From Lachnospiraceae bacterium (lineage in GTDB: Bacteria > Bacillota > Clostridia > Lachnospirales > Lachnospiraceae): DNA of 64,000 nucleotides. How positions within the stretch are numbered: the stretch's first letter is position 1; each line of letters starts with the position of its first letter. The stretch is from positions 3,480 through 67,479 of the forward strand of contig JAFYFY010000227.1 of the NCBI GenBank assembly GCA_017543485.1, in the 5' to 3' direction. The notes beneath the pieces are model-generated. The model searched no databases and was not told the origin of the DNA. It saw nothing but the letters and a program-made list of their open reading frames with translations. The position numbers and the translations under genes are program-made. This document shows positions 18,268-28,161 of the stretch, one piece after another.

Positions 18268-19050
18268 TCAGCGGTTTTTGTCATAGATGACCTTCAGGCC
18301 CTTCAGCAGAAGGTCCGGATCGAGTTTGATCTCGTGTCTGCAGTTGGGCACGATGATCCCTGCCAGTCCGCCGGTGGCCACCACGGTGGTCTCATATCCC
18401 AGCTCTTCCTCGAAGCGGTCGATCATGCCGTCGATGCGGGACGCCTCACCGTAGATGATACCGCTCTTCATGGCGTCCATGGTATTGCGGCCGATGATGG
18501 TCTTGGGTGTCGCCAGAGAGATGCCCGGCAGAAGGGACGTGGTATCCACCAGACTCTGCAGGGAGACGTTCACGCCGGGAAAGATGATACCGCCGATATA
18601 ATTGCGGTCCCTGTCGATGGCGGTCATGGTGGTGGCGGTCCCCATGTCGATGACGATGCAGGGGGCTCCGTAATAGTTGAGAGCCGCCACGGAGTCCACC
18701 GCCAGATCCGCGCCCAGGGTTCCCGGATCATCGATCCGGATGTTCAGGCCGGTCCTGATCCCGGCCCCCACCACCATGGGATTCTGAGAAGTCACCTTCC
18801 GGATGGCGTTTTTCACCACATGGGTGAGTCTGGGCACCACCGAGGAGATGATGACGCCGCCTATCTTCTCCGGGGAGATCCCGTATAGCTCCAGGATGGT
18901 TTTTAGGAGCACGGCATACTCCAGTTCCGTCTTTCCCAGGTCCGTGGAAATCCGCTCCGTGAAATGTACCGTCTCGTCGTCCACGCAGCCCACGCAGATG
19001 TTGGTATTTCCCATATCTACCGCAAGGATCATGTCATACCTCCTGTTCAC
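18268..19050 (-). CDS. coaX: Type III pantothenate kinase
   Basis: AVDMGNTN, ISSVVP, LGAD, IDMGTATT, GGIIFPG, VVATGG. Confidence 0.9.
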   Translation of the reverse strand: MNRRYDMILAVDMGNTNICVGCVDDETVHFTERISTDLGKTELEYAVLLKTILELYGISPEKIGGVIISSVVPRLTHVVKNAIRKVTSQNPMVVGAGIRTGLNIRIDDPGTLGADLAVDSVAALNYYGAPCIVIDMGTATTMTAIDRDRNYIGGIIFPGVNVSLQSLVDTTSLLPGISLATPKTIIGRNTMDAMKSGIIYGEASRIDGMIDRFEEELGYETTVVATGGLAGIIVPNCRHEIKLDPDLLLKGLKVIYDKNR

Positions 19051-19143
19051 AAAGATGTGCTGTCTGCCCCGCTTCCGGGGGACGTATGTTCGGAAAAGTC
19101 AAAAAGGGCGAGCACCTGCATGCTCGCCCTTCGAACGCATTTC

Positions 19144-19764
19144 TTATTTTGCTTCCTTCCGGATGCCTTCCGCGGGCTGAGCCTTATTCGCGATCCCAAT
19201 GAGCTGGACGATCGCGGTGCTCAGCACCAGGTTGATCAGCAGCTCCACCACGAAATTGATCCCAACCAGACCGAAGATCATGTAAGCCCCGACGCTGTCG
19301 AATCCGGCGCCGCCGGCCCATCCTGCGATGGTATCATAAAAGAAGATCCGGCACCCGATGAGGAACACGCCGGTGTTCACGATGGGAGCCGCACAGCCTG
19401 CCAGGATCACCGCCAGGAGCTTTCCCGCCGCGTCGGGCTTTTTCTTCACCACAAAGCGGTACATTGCACCTGCTGCCGCTCCGGCCAGAATGCCCTTCAA
19501 AAGGCATACCGCAACGGTCCCGGGCACGCTGATGGCCAGGAATACCCCCGCGTCGGTAAAGAGCACCACAATGCCAAACACCAGTCCCAGCCACGCACCT
19601 GCGATCCAGCCGTAGAGCGCGGCACCTACAATGATCGGCACCAGCACCAGGGTGATGTTGAACACCCCGAACCGGATTCCGACTGCCATGGCCTGAAGCA
19701 CCACCACCACTGCGGTGAGAAGTCCCAGACCGACGACCTTCATCGTCTTTTGATTCGTATTCAT
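19144..19764 (-). CDS. ECF transporter S component (pantothenate-type by context)
   Basis: ITLVLVPIIVGAALYG, APIVNTGVF, INFVVELLIN; adjacent to coaX. Confidence 0.8.
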   Translation of the reverse strand: MNTNQKTMKVVGLGLLTAVVVVLQAMAVGIRFGVFNITLVLVPIIVGAALYGWIAGAWLGLVFGIVVLFTDAGVFLAISVPGTVAVCLLKGILAGAAAGAMYRFVVKKKPDAAGKLLAVILAGCAAPIVNTGVFLIGCRIFFYDTIAGWAGGAGFDSVGAYMIFGLVGINFVVELLINLVLSTAIVQLIGIANKAQPAEGIRKEAK

Positions 19765-19896
19765 ATGTTTTCCTCCTGCTGACATTCCCCTGGTACGGAA
19801 CCTATTTTCCGTCCATGCGGGGATACATCGCATCAGTTAAAATACCATAGAATGAGGAAGTTGACAATCACTTCGGGAAATTTACTCTCCCGCCCG

Positions 19897-20253
19897 CTAT
19901 TTCCGGCGCCGAAAGGCTCCCTGATATTTATGGACCATCCGGTACAGATACCATCCGGCAGCTATCAGCGCAAAGACCGCCGAGGCCAGGATCATCCACC
20001 GGAGCTCAAAATGCAGATACCCCAGGGAGACAAAGCTGATGATGAGGAGCATCAGAAGCAGCCAGGCAAAGCATCCCGCCACGGTGACAAAAAACAGGAT
20101 CACGTCCCGGACCACATCCCGGATGTCCGGCCCCTGCTCCGCCGCCTCCGCCAGAGCCCGGTCCGCCTCTTCCTTCAGGGCCCGGACGCTGGACTGAAGC
20201 TCGTCCCGGTACAGCTCGTCCCCTTTTATTGACTTTAAGTCATTACTCTTCAT
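19897..20253 (-). CDS. Hypothetical two-TM membrane protein, last gene of the arabinan operon
   Basis: AGGAG RBS before MKSND; overlaps the GH43 stop; two hydrophobic helices. Confidence 0.6.
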   Translation of the reverse strand: MKSNDLKSIKGDELYRDELQSSVRALKEEADRALAEAAEQGPDIRDVVRDVILFFVTVAGCFAWLLLMLLIISFVSLGYLHFELRWMILASAVFALIAAGWYLYRMVHKYQGAFRRRK

Positions 20254-22219
20254 CCACACTCCTGCTGCCCCACAGGGTCAGCTGATTTCCCTGTCCCAGG
20301 GCGGTAAAGACCATGGTCTCCACGCTGCTGCCCTCGATCTCCATCTTCAGGGCGACTCCGCTGTAGGTCTCTCCCCCGATCTCCAGGGTGATATAGGGGG
20401 TGCCGCTCTCCAGGCTCCAGCTTCCCTCATAGGCACCGGTGACGGTGCCGTCCTCCCGGAGGGAGATCTCCTCGGTGTGATTCACTCCCAGATTCTCATA
20501 GTCCACGTTCAGCCTGTGGAGGATGACCTCATAATCCCCCGCCACTTCGGATACCGGGTAGCCGTCTTCCTTCAAAGTCTCCCCGTCCGTGAGATACGGA
20601 GCCGCCACCAGCCATCCCTCTTTGTTGACAAAGAGTTGATGCACCTTTACATAGTGTCCTTCGCTTCCGTTGGTGGTGCGGGTATGGAAGACGATGTAGG
20701 CTTTTCCGTCCTCATCCACGAAGGCGGAATTGTGGCCCTGGGCTACCTGGCCGTTGGTCATGCTGCGCCACTTGTAAGCACCGAAAAGACGGACGCCCAC
20801 GGACTGGTTGAAGTTCTGGGACCAGGTATCATAGTATGCTCCGTTCCCCAGCGCGTCAATGTAGGGTCCCTTGGGATCCTCCGAGCGAAAGACCCGGACA
20901 TTGTATCCGCCCCTGGCCTCCAGACCGCCGTAGGAGATAAAGAGCCAGTAATAATCCCCAATCTTCTGGATATAGGAGGCCTCCCCGGAGGCATAGCTCC
21001 CGCCGGCGATGAGGCTTCCGAAATAGGCGTCGCTGTGCTTGTTCGTCTCGTAGGAAACCGTGTAATCCCGCAGTCCCGTCTCCTCATCCAGCTCCAGCAA
21101 AAAGATCCCGCCGGACCAGGAGCCGTAGCTCATCCGCAGATTTCCGTCATCATCGAAAAAGACGCAGGCGTCGATGCAGTTGGGGAACCGGTCTCCCCAT
21201 TTGCGGTTTCCCACACCGTTGGTGAGGTACCGTTCCGGCAGCGCATCCGTCCCCAGAACCTGCGGAGCATCGGTCTGGGTCCAGGTGTCCTGATCAAAGC
21301 CGCCATAGACAACGGAGCCGGCATATTCATAGGGCCCCGTCACCGCATCGGAGGTCAGAAGGACGATGTTGGACTTCCAGTCATCCCCGTCGGCGCTTAA
21401 GTAGATGCAATACTTTTCCATCACCGGATTGTAGATGATATCCGGTGCCCAGAGGTACCCGAACCAGTCGCCGGAGGTCTTGTCCATATGCCACTGCCGG
21501 ATCTGTGCGATGGTATCCTTGGAGAGGGCCCCCCGGAACATGGCATCCTCCTGCTTCCAGTCAAAAAGATCCTTTGAGGAAGCCGCCGTGATATGGGTTC
21601 CGAAGACATAATAGGTTCCGTCGAAATCCCGGAAAATGGCGGGATCGTGCACGGTCACGGTCTTGGGGGATTTTGCATTCTCTCCGAAGCTCTGGACCAC
21701 CTGTACCAGCTTCAGGTTCAGGACCGCCCGCACCATGGCCTCCTCTCCGCCGTAGGTGATCTGCACATAAGGCCGGAAGGTGACATTGTCCGCCCCGGCC
21801 TGGGGGGCATTCCCGGCCGCCTCCGGGGTCCCCCCGGTGAGGGTTCCCTCCAGGGTGACGGTTTCCCCGGTGCGGATATTGGAGAATTCATTCGGCATGC
21901 TGCCATCCGAGGCAGGCACCAGTCCCTTATTGCTGTAGGTAAAGCGCTTTCCGGAGACAGTCCAGTTTTTCCGGGCGTTCTCGATAGTCAGCACATAGTG
22001 CACCTCTTCCCCCGCCTCATAGGACAGCTTGTCCGTGGACAGGGTCACGGTGATGTCATCCTGGGTCTCGCTGTAGGCCCCCTCGGGCAGAGCCGTGCCC
22101 TCCCCTGCCGGATCCGCTGTCCCGGGGACCGAAGTACCCTCCGGGTCTTTGGAGCCGCAGGAGCAAAGAAGCAGGAGCAGTGCAGTGGCCATCAGAATCG
22201 TTTCTATCACGGTTTTCAT
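20243..22219 (-). CDS. GH43 endo-1,5-alpha-L-arabinanase-like lipoprotein
   Basis: Lipobox LCSC; VHDP, LWAPD, NCIDA, YGSWSGGI, GEASYI, QGHNSA motifs and a C-terminal beta domain. Confidence 0.82.
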   Translation of the reverse strand: MKTVIETILMATALLLLLCSCGSKDPEGTSVPGTADPAGEGTALPEGAYSETQDDITVTLSTDKLSYEAGEEVHYVLTIENARKNWTVSGKRFTYSNKGLVPASDGSMPNEFSNIRTGETVTLEGTLTGGTPEAAGNAPQAGADNVTFRPYVQITYGGEEAMVRAVLNLKLVQVVQSFGENAKSPKTVTVHDPAIFRDFDGTYYVFGTHITAASSKDLFDWKQEDAMFRGALSKDTIAQIRQWHMDKTSGDWFGYLWAPDIIYNPVMEKYCIYLSADGDDWKSNIVLLTSDAVTGPYEYAGSVVYGGFDQDTWTQTDAPQVLGTDALPERYLTNGVGNRKWGDRFPNCIDACVFFDDDGNLRMSYGSWSGGIFLLELDEETGLRDYTVSYETNKHSDAYFGSLIAGGSYASGEASYIQKIGDYYWLFISYGGLEARGGYNVRVFRSEDPKGPYIDALGNGAYYDTWSQNFNQSVGVRLFGAYKWRSMTNGQVAQGHNSAFVDEDGKAYIVFHTRTTNGSEGHYVKVHQLFVNKEGWLVAAPYLTDGETLKEDGYPVSEVAGDYEVILHRLNVDYENLGVNHTEEISLREDGTVTGAYEGSWSLESGTPYITLEIGGETYSGVALKMEIEGSSVETMVFTALGQGNQLTLWGSRSVDEE

Positions 22220-22236
22220 TCTCACCTCGTTTTCCC

Positions 22237-23226
22237 TCAGCCGATCCTGTTTTTGTAGGAAAAGACCGGCCACCCCTTCTCGTCCCACTCCACCTTCATC
22301 AGCATGGTGTGGCGGTTTGGATCGTAGAGAGGGTCCCCAGTGATCTCGGCATAGGTTCTGGCGTGATAAACGCACACATCCGTGCCGTCGGGGAGCTTCG
22401 TAAAGCTGTTGTGCCCCGGTCCGTAGAAGCCCTTCTCCCGGTCGGAGGAGAGGACGGGATGGCGCTCCTTTTTCCAGGCTCTGGGATCCAGCAGATCCTC
22501 CTCCTCTCCGATGGAGAGCATGCCCATGCAGTAGCACTCCCCCGTGGCGCTGGCGGAGTAGGTCAGGAAGATCCTTCCGTCATGCTTTACCACCGCCGGT
22601 CCCTCATTCACCCAGATGTCCACTCTCTCCCAGTCATAATCCGGGGTGGTCAGGAGCACCTGCGCCGTGGCCAGCTTTGTGGGAGATTCCATCCGGGCGA
22701 TGTACAGATTCGAGATCTGGATCCCGACGCTGACCTTCTCCGCCCAGACATAGTACCGCTCCCCTTTGTTTTCAAAGACGGTGCCGTCCAGACTGAAGGC
22801 CTCGAAGGAATAGATGTCATCATCGCTTCGCTGCATCATCCCCCGCTCGGTCCAGGGGTCCCGCAGCGGATCCGGTCCCTGACATTCCAGCACATAGGGA
22901 CGCAGCCTCCAGATGTCCTCCTCTCTGGATGCCGCAAAAAAAAGATACCACTTTCCGTCCAGAAAGTGCAGCTCCGGTGCCCAGATGTGGCGGCTCATAT
23001 CCCCGCTCTCGTGCTTTGTCCACACCGTGACTTCCTCTGCGTCCCTCAGCCCTTCCAGGGTATCGCTGCGCCGCAGCGCAATGCGGTCATAGGACGGCAC
23101 GGAGGCGGTGAAATAGTAGGTTCCGTCGGTATGACGGTACACATACGGATCTGCCCGCTGCTCGATAAAGGGGACGTTAAAGTCCGTCAGGATCCCGTTT
23201 CTGGGTCTTTCGCTCACTGTTTCCAT
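22237..23226 (-). CDS. GH43 alpha-L-arabinofuranosidase
   Basis: IEQRADP, HIWAPELH, FSLDGT, VNEGP, YSASAT, GPGHNSF. Confidence 0.88.
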   Translation of the reverse strand: METVSERPRNGILTDFNVPFIEQRADPYVYRHTDGTYYFTASVPSYDRIALRRSDTLEGLRDAEEVTVWTKHESGDMSRHIWAPELHFLDGKWYLFFAASREEDIWRLRPYVLECQGPDPLRDPWTERGMMQRSDDDIYSFEAFSLDGTVFENKGERYYVWAEKVSVGIQISNLYIARMESPTKLATAQVLLTTPDYDWERVDIWVNEGPAVVKHDGRIFLTYSASATGECYCMGMLSIGEEEDLLDPRAWKKERHPVLSSDREKGFYGPGHNSFTKLPDGTDVCVYHARTYAEITGDPLYDPNRHTMLMKVEWDEKGWPVFSYKNRIG

Positions 23227-23370
23227 CTCTCACCTCATCCGGCCCTTCGGCCGCTTTTTTCATCAGGTCGTCTGTATCGTCCCCTTTTGCGGAGATCTGT
23301 CGCACCCCGTTTCCGAAACCTGCACCGGTTCCATGGCCGTATGTCTGCATCGGATACAGTATGCGCTTTC

Positions 23371-23409
23371 GGAAAGGCGCTCCGGGACGCATGCCCTGAG
23401 CGCCTTTCC
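23371..23409. terminator. Stem-loop after the repeat lipoprotein gene (terminator or mRNA stabiliser)
   Basis: ggaaaggcgctc...gagcgcctttcc. Confidence 0.5.
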
Positions 23410-23447
23410 CTGTTACGCTATGAAATTCCCCCTCGGAATCTCGTTCC

Positions 23448-26339
23448 TTAGTTGATGTTCACATGAGAGGCCTCGCAGCTCAGGCAGTAGTACAGGTCGC
23501 CGCCTGTTGCGATGCCGGTGTAGCTCTGGTGATACACCTTGCCTGCAGCGGTGGTCACGGTGATGACGATGTCCGCGGTATCGCCGTTGTTGGTGATGGC
23601 GATCAGGGCATGTGCGCCGTCCATGTCTTCCATGAAGGTATCCCAGTTCCAGTCGCACTCTGCGGTGGCGATGCCGTCATAGCCTGCGCCCCAGCCGTAG
23701 TTGTCCGCACGGACCACTGCGTACTCCGCATAGCCCTCCGCCGCCTCTGCGCTGTGGCCGGCAGGGGTGTTCTGCAGGATCACCACAAAGTTGTGCCAGT
23801 TGTCGCCGCCGTCATTGTAGTTGGTCAGGGACACATACTCGGTCTCACCCTCCGCAACGGGCTTCACTGCGGAGTGCTGCGTCCACCAGCCGGTGGTATT
23901 GTCCGCGTTGCCCACGGTGGTGGAATTCATCACCAGGTAAGCCTTTTCCAGAGTCAGAGTCAGGTACAGATCTCCGTCAATGGCGATGCCGGTGTAATCC
24001 TGATGGTACACGGCTCCGGCCTCGGTGAGGGCCACGATGTGGATATCCGCGGTGTCGCCGTTGTTGACCACGGTCAGGTCGATGTTGGCTCCGTTGATGT
24101 CCTCCGCAAAGGTATCCCAGTTCCAGTCGCACTCGGCGGTGGCGATGCCGTCATAGCCGGCGCCCCAGCCGTAGTTGTCCGCACGGACCACGCCGTACTC
24201 CTTGTAGCCTTCATACGCATCCGCGCTGTGTCCGCCGGGTACATTCTGCAGGATCGCCACGAAGTTCTCCCAGTTGTTCTCCCCTGCGGTATAGTTCTTG
24301 AAGCTGACAGAGGTGCTTCTGCCCTCGGGCACTGCCCAGACATCGCCGAACATGGTCCAGAAGCCGGCATCCAGTCCGGTGCTGCCCACGACGGTTCCGT
24401 CGAACTGCAGGTATGCCTTCTCCAGGGTCAGGCAGTAGTACAGATCTCCGTCCACCGCAATGCCGGTGTAATTCTGATGATACTCAGCTCCGGAAGCGGT
24501 TCTTGCGGTGAAGTTCACGTCTGCGGTGTCACCATGGTTGGTGACGGTCAGATCGATGTGCGCGCCGTTGATGTCGTCCTTGAAGGTATCCCAGTTCCAG
24601 TCGCACTCTGCGACAGCGATGCCGTCATAGCCGGCGCCCCAGCCGTAGTTGTCCGCACGGACCACGCCGTACTCGGCATAACCTTCTGCCTGATCGGCGC
24701 TGTGACCATATGCGGTGTTCTGCAGGATCACCACGAAGTTCTCCCAGTTGTTCTCAGCTGCAGTGTAGTTGGTAAAGCCGATGGATCTGGACTCTCCTGC
24801 GGGCACTGCCCAGACAGGGGTGAACTCGCTCCAGAAGCCGCTGGTCATCTCGGGCACGCCCAGGGTCATCCCGGCGCTTGCGGAGATGGTGGCATTCTTT
24901 GCGGAAAGGAGTTCCACATAGGAGTTCTGGTTGGTGACGCTGATGAACAGAGGATCTTCCGCGCTGATGTCCATGGTAGCCACTGCGGTCATATCCTGAG
25001 ATGCCAGGTTGTAGTCCACATTGTAGGCCTCCACCTTCAGCTGATCACCTTCTCTGGTGATGTTGACGGTGGTATCCGCCTCTGCCATGGAGCTCTGAGC
25101 CCAGGTGTTCCAGTTACCCCAGGTGTAGGTGTACTGTGCATTCTCAAACCAGCCTTCACCGGAGGCATCCGCATAGAGCATGCCGTACTCGGTGTAGCCC
25201 TCCTCTGCGGGATCCGCACTGCCGAATGCCAGGGCGTAATTGTTCTTGGTGTCCTTTCCGTCGGACCAGTTTTTCAGCTTAAACTTCCAGGTCTCGCCAT
25301 CCTTGATCTGCGTCGTGCCGATGTAGCCGTCCCGGAGGGAGGCTGCGTACTCTGTGGTTCCGAGTGCCGCCACTGCCTTCGGATCGGGAGTGACCACGAT
25401 GATCCGCTCAGGCTCCTCAAAGGCCACGGAGGGATTGCCGGCGGCGTAAAGCCCCTTCACCTGTCCCTCGTCCAGCACATAGTCATAGACATAAACCTCG
25501 TCGAAGGCGCCCTTCATGGTGGCATCCCAGTAGTTGATGCCCAGGAGGAAGTCGAAGTTGTCGGAGGCCTCCATGGCGTTCTGCACCACATAGACAGGTC
25601 TCACATTGCCGTCCGTATCGTAGCCGTTTAAGCGCTCGCCGTTCATGTAAAGCTTTGCTTCGATGAGACTTCCGTCAGCGGAGGCATCCGCGGGATCCAC
25701 GGTCATGGTGATATTCACCCACTCTCTGGTGTGCGCATTCACCTCGTCCGTGTACCAGCTGGGCCAGGGAGCTCCGTCCGCCAGCTGATCATAAGCCCAG
25801 ATGCTGGGGTAGGACAGGTCGTCGGAGGTGGGATTCCATGCTGCCCAGGTGAAGTTCACATAGTGCTGTCCGCCGGTGGCATCACCGTGCATATCGGGAC
25901 CGAACTGCAGGGTGGGCATATACTGCGCGTTACGTGCCGCATAGACCCAGAAGGAAACGGTGTACTTCTGGCCCACGCCGTTCACATCCAGCTTCAGGCC
26001 GTTGACGCCGTCGGTGTAAGCGGCACTGCCCTTGACGCCGGGGATGTAGGTGACTTCATCCTCGATGGCCTGCACCATGGGCGTGGCTGCTGCGTCCCGG
26101 GCTGCCAGGTGCACCCCCGCCTCGCCTCCGTCCATGGAGAAGTAGTACTTGTAATCCTGCGGGATGTCGGCGGCTGCGGCATCACCCGTCTCAGCGGGCT
26201 GCTCGGTGACCTCCGCCGCCGGAGTCTGGGTCTGTGCGGGATCAGCGGCAGCCTGATCGCTGCCCGAGCCGCCGCATCCTGCCAGAAGCCCCGTGGTCAT
26301 TGCTGCACACAGCAAGACGGATAAGAGTTTCTTTTTCAT
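23448..26339 (-). CDS. Surface lipoprotein with a LamG-like domain and 3 (+1 degenerate) ~160-aa tandem repeats
   Basis: Lipobox LAGC; LamG-like YTVSFWV...AKLYMNG...MKGAFDEVYVYD; repeated GFW/GWW...NNWENFVVILQN...YGVVRADNYGWG...CDWNWDTF units. Confidence 0.8.
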   Translation of the reverse strand: MKKKLLSVLLCAAMTTGLLAGCGGSGSDQAAADPAQTQTPAAEVTEQPAETGDAAAADIPQDYKYYFSMDGGEAGVHLAARDAAATPMVQAIEDEVTYIPGVKGSAAYTDGVNGLKLDVNGVGQKYTVSFWVYAARNAQYMPTLQFGPDMHGDATGGQHYVNFTWAAWNPTSDDLSYPSIWAYDQLADGAPWPSWYTDEVNAHTREWVNITMTVDPADASADGSLIEAKLYMNGERLNGYDTDGNVRPVYVVQNAMEASDNFDFLLGINYWDATMKGAFDEVYVYDYVLDEGQVKGLYAAGNPSVAFEEPERIIVVTPDPKAVAALGTTEYAASLRDGYIGTTQIKDGETWKFKLKNWSDGKDTKNNYALAFGSADPAEEGYTEYGMLYADASGEGWFENAQYTYTWGNWNTWAQSSMAEADTTVNITREGDQLKVEAYNVDYNLASQDMTAVATMDISAEDPLFISVTNQNSYVELLSAKNATISASAGMTLGVPEMTSGFWSEFTPVWAVPAGESRSIGFTNYTAAENNWENFVVILQNTAYGHSADQAEGYAEYGVVRADNYGWGAGYDGIAVAECDWNWDTFKDDINGAHIDLTVTNHGDTADVNFTARTASGAEYHQNYTGIAVDGDLYYCLTLEKAYLQFDGTVVGSTGLDAGFWTMFGDVWAVPEGRSTSVSFKNYTAGENNWENFVAILQNVPGGHSADAYEGYKEYGVVRADNYGWGAGYDGIATAECDWNWDTFAEDINGANIDLTVVNNGDTADIHIVALTEAGAVYHQDYTGIAIDGDLYLTLTLEKAYLVMNSTTVGNADNTTGWWTQHSAVKPVAEGETEYVSLTNYNDGGDNWHNFVVILQNTPAGHSAEAAEGYAEYAVVRADNYGWGAGYDGIATAECDWNWDTFMEDMDGAHALIAITNNGDTADIVITVTTAAGKVYHQSYTGIATGGDLYYCLSCEASHVNIN

Positions 26340-26426
26340 TTGTTCCTCCTTACATTTCAGAGCTGTTGATTTATGGAGAGGATCCGCCTCTCTCCCCTGT
26401 GGGAGAGAGACAGTTCCGTGACCATC

Positions 26427-28037
26427 TTATCTGGTTCCTGCGGGTCTCTCACCGATCCCGGTCATGACACCGCCTGCATCCACCACCTGCTGGTACCAGT
26501 CGATCTCCGCATCGTCCAGAACATCATATCCGTCAGGTCCAAAGTATGCGATCATGTACAGTGCATGGTAGTAGTTTGCCTGAAGGTTTGCTTCCTCCAC
26601 ATAGTCCGCGGCCTTGCCCTTTCCTTCGTCCACGATGTTGTGGATACCGGGAGAGGAGACACCTGCTGCCGTCTGGGAGTTGAAGTACTGATCGCAGAAG
26701 TTCCAGTAACCTGCGATGTTGTACCAGCCGTAAGGAACGGGGCGCTGCATGTTCTCAAAGAACCGGTCCCAGTACTCCTTGTGCTCGGGATCCTGCGGGA
26801 AGAGGGCCTTGTAGGCTTCCCAGACTTCCTCGTCGGTGGTCAGAGGCATGGGCATGTTGGCCGCGATGAGGGGCGTGCCGGAGGAATTGGTATTCGTGGG
26901 ATCGGAATAAATCTCGATGCGCTTCTTCCAGCCCTCGATGCCCCAGTTCATCCACTTGAGCAGCTCATAGGCCTCAGCGGGATGCTGGCATGCATAGGAG
27001 ACACCGCCCAGGTACATATTGCCCAGGACATTGTGCTCCTTCTCGCCCACGACGCTGGGAGTCACGTAAGGATAGATGTCCAGGTCATACAGATCCTGAT
27101 AATAGATCTGGGTTCCGTCCTCCTGGGTCACATAGGTGTTCCAGAGGTTCTGGAAGGTCCACCAGCCCTCGGAGAAGACTGCCACATGTCCGGTGGAGCC
27201 GAACCACATGCCGTAGTCGCCGGTCCAGTCTTCCATGGCCTGGGTGTTCTGCTGAGGTGCCACATACCCTGCCAGCTTCAGGTCGGAGAACTGCTGCTCT
27301 CCCACTGCCCAGTACTGCAGGTCAAAGTCGCTGCCGTTGTAGCCGAACTCTCCCTTGATGACGCGCTCTGCGCTGGTGGCAGCCGCGATGCCGTACAGGG
27401 AGTCCAGACGGTTGTAGTAGCCGAGGCCGTAGTACTTCATGCCGGTTCTGTCATCCACGGTGGCTGCCTGGATCAGGTCGATCATATCCTGCCAGGTCCA
27501 GTCGGGATCCGGCATTGCCAGATTCAGCTTGTCCAGAACCTTCTTGTCCACAAATATCGCGCAGGGCTGATAATAAGTGGGCATGGCGTAACGGTGATTG
27601 GTATCGAACATGCCGATGCCGTACTCCTGGATGGTGCTGTAGAGCTTTGCGGTCTCGGGGTCATTGTCCACATACTCGGTGATGTCCGCCCACCACTGGT
27701 TGGCCAGGGAGGTGTCGGAGTCCGTAGCGATGAAGACATCCGGGAACTCGTTGTTGGAAGCCGCAGCGGTGAGGTCCGTGCTCATGTCGGACATCTGCTT
27801 GCATTCCACGGTGATGTTGGGATACTTCTCCATGAAGGCCTCGGCCAGCTGTGCCATCAGGTCGGGATCATCGTATGCCCAATAGCTTAAGTGGATCTGG
27901 TCGCCGCTGGCTGCGCTTCCCGAAGATCCGGATCCGGAAGATGCGCTTCCGGAATCGCTGCCGCCGCAGGCGGTCAGCTGGGCAAGCACTGTGACGGATG
28001 CCAGCAGGCCTGCCAGGACTCTCTTGTACTTCTTCAT
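26427..28037 (-). CDS. ABC transporter sugar-binding lipoprotein
   Basis: Lipobox LTAC; FMEKYPNITVE, FPDVF, YAMP, PDWTWQD, AYELLKW. Confidence 0.88.
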   Translation of the reverse strand: MKKYKRVLAGLLASVTVLAQLTACGGSDSGSASSGSGSSGSAASGDQIHLSYWAYDDPDLMAQLAEAFMEKYPNITVECKQMSDMSTDLTAAASNNEFPDVFIATDSDTSLANQWWADITEYVDNDPETAKLYSTIQEYGIGMFDTNHRYAMPTYYQPCAIFVDKKVLDKLNLAMPDPDWTWQDMIDLIQAATVDDRTGMKYYGLGYYNRLDSLYGIAAATSAERVIKGEFGYNGSDFDLQYWAVGEQQFSDLKLAGYVAPQQNTQAMEDWTGDYGMWFGSTGHVAVFSEGWWTFQNLWNTYVTQEDGTQIYYQDLYDLDIYPYVTPSVVGEKEHNVLGNMYLGGVSYACQHPAEAYELLKWMNWGIEGWKKRIEIYSDPTNTNSSGTPLIAANMPMPLTTDEEVWEAYKALFPQDPEHKEYWDRFFENMQRPVPYGWYNIAGYWNFCDQYFNSQTAAGVSSPGIHNIVDEGKGKAADYVEEANLQANYYHALYMIAYFGPDGYDVLDDAEIDWYQQVVDAGGVMTGIGERPAGTR

Positions 28038-28161
28038 ATTCCCTCCTTTGTAAAAAAACTTACAAAACACTGACTTGTTTTATCTCATCCGCCTATGCGG
28101 TTAAGATCAGGTTGTTGCCGCGGTCCTTCCACGGTATGCCGGTCCGGGCGACAAGAATTCT

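Noticed and set aside
20243-22537. Extended starts in the ORF track (GH43 764 aa; also uvrB 752 aa, AraC 343 aa)
   Set aside because: Extensions overlap neighbouring genes or promoters; downstream ATGs match family N-termini or signal peptides.
23463-25631. 722-aa plus-strand ORF
   Set aside because: Antisense shadow of the repeat lipoprotein gene caused by GC-rich codon bias; no motifs or RBS.
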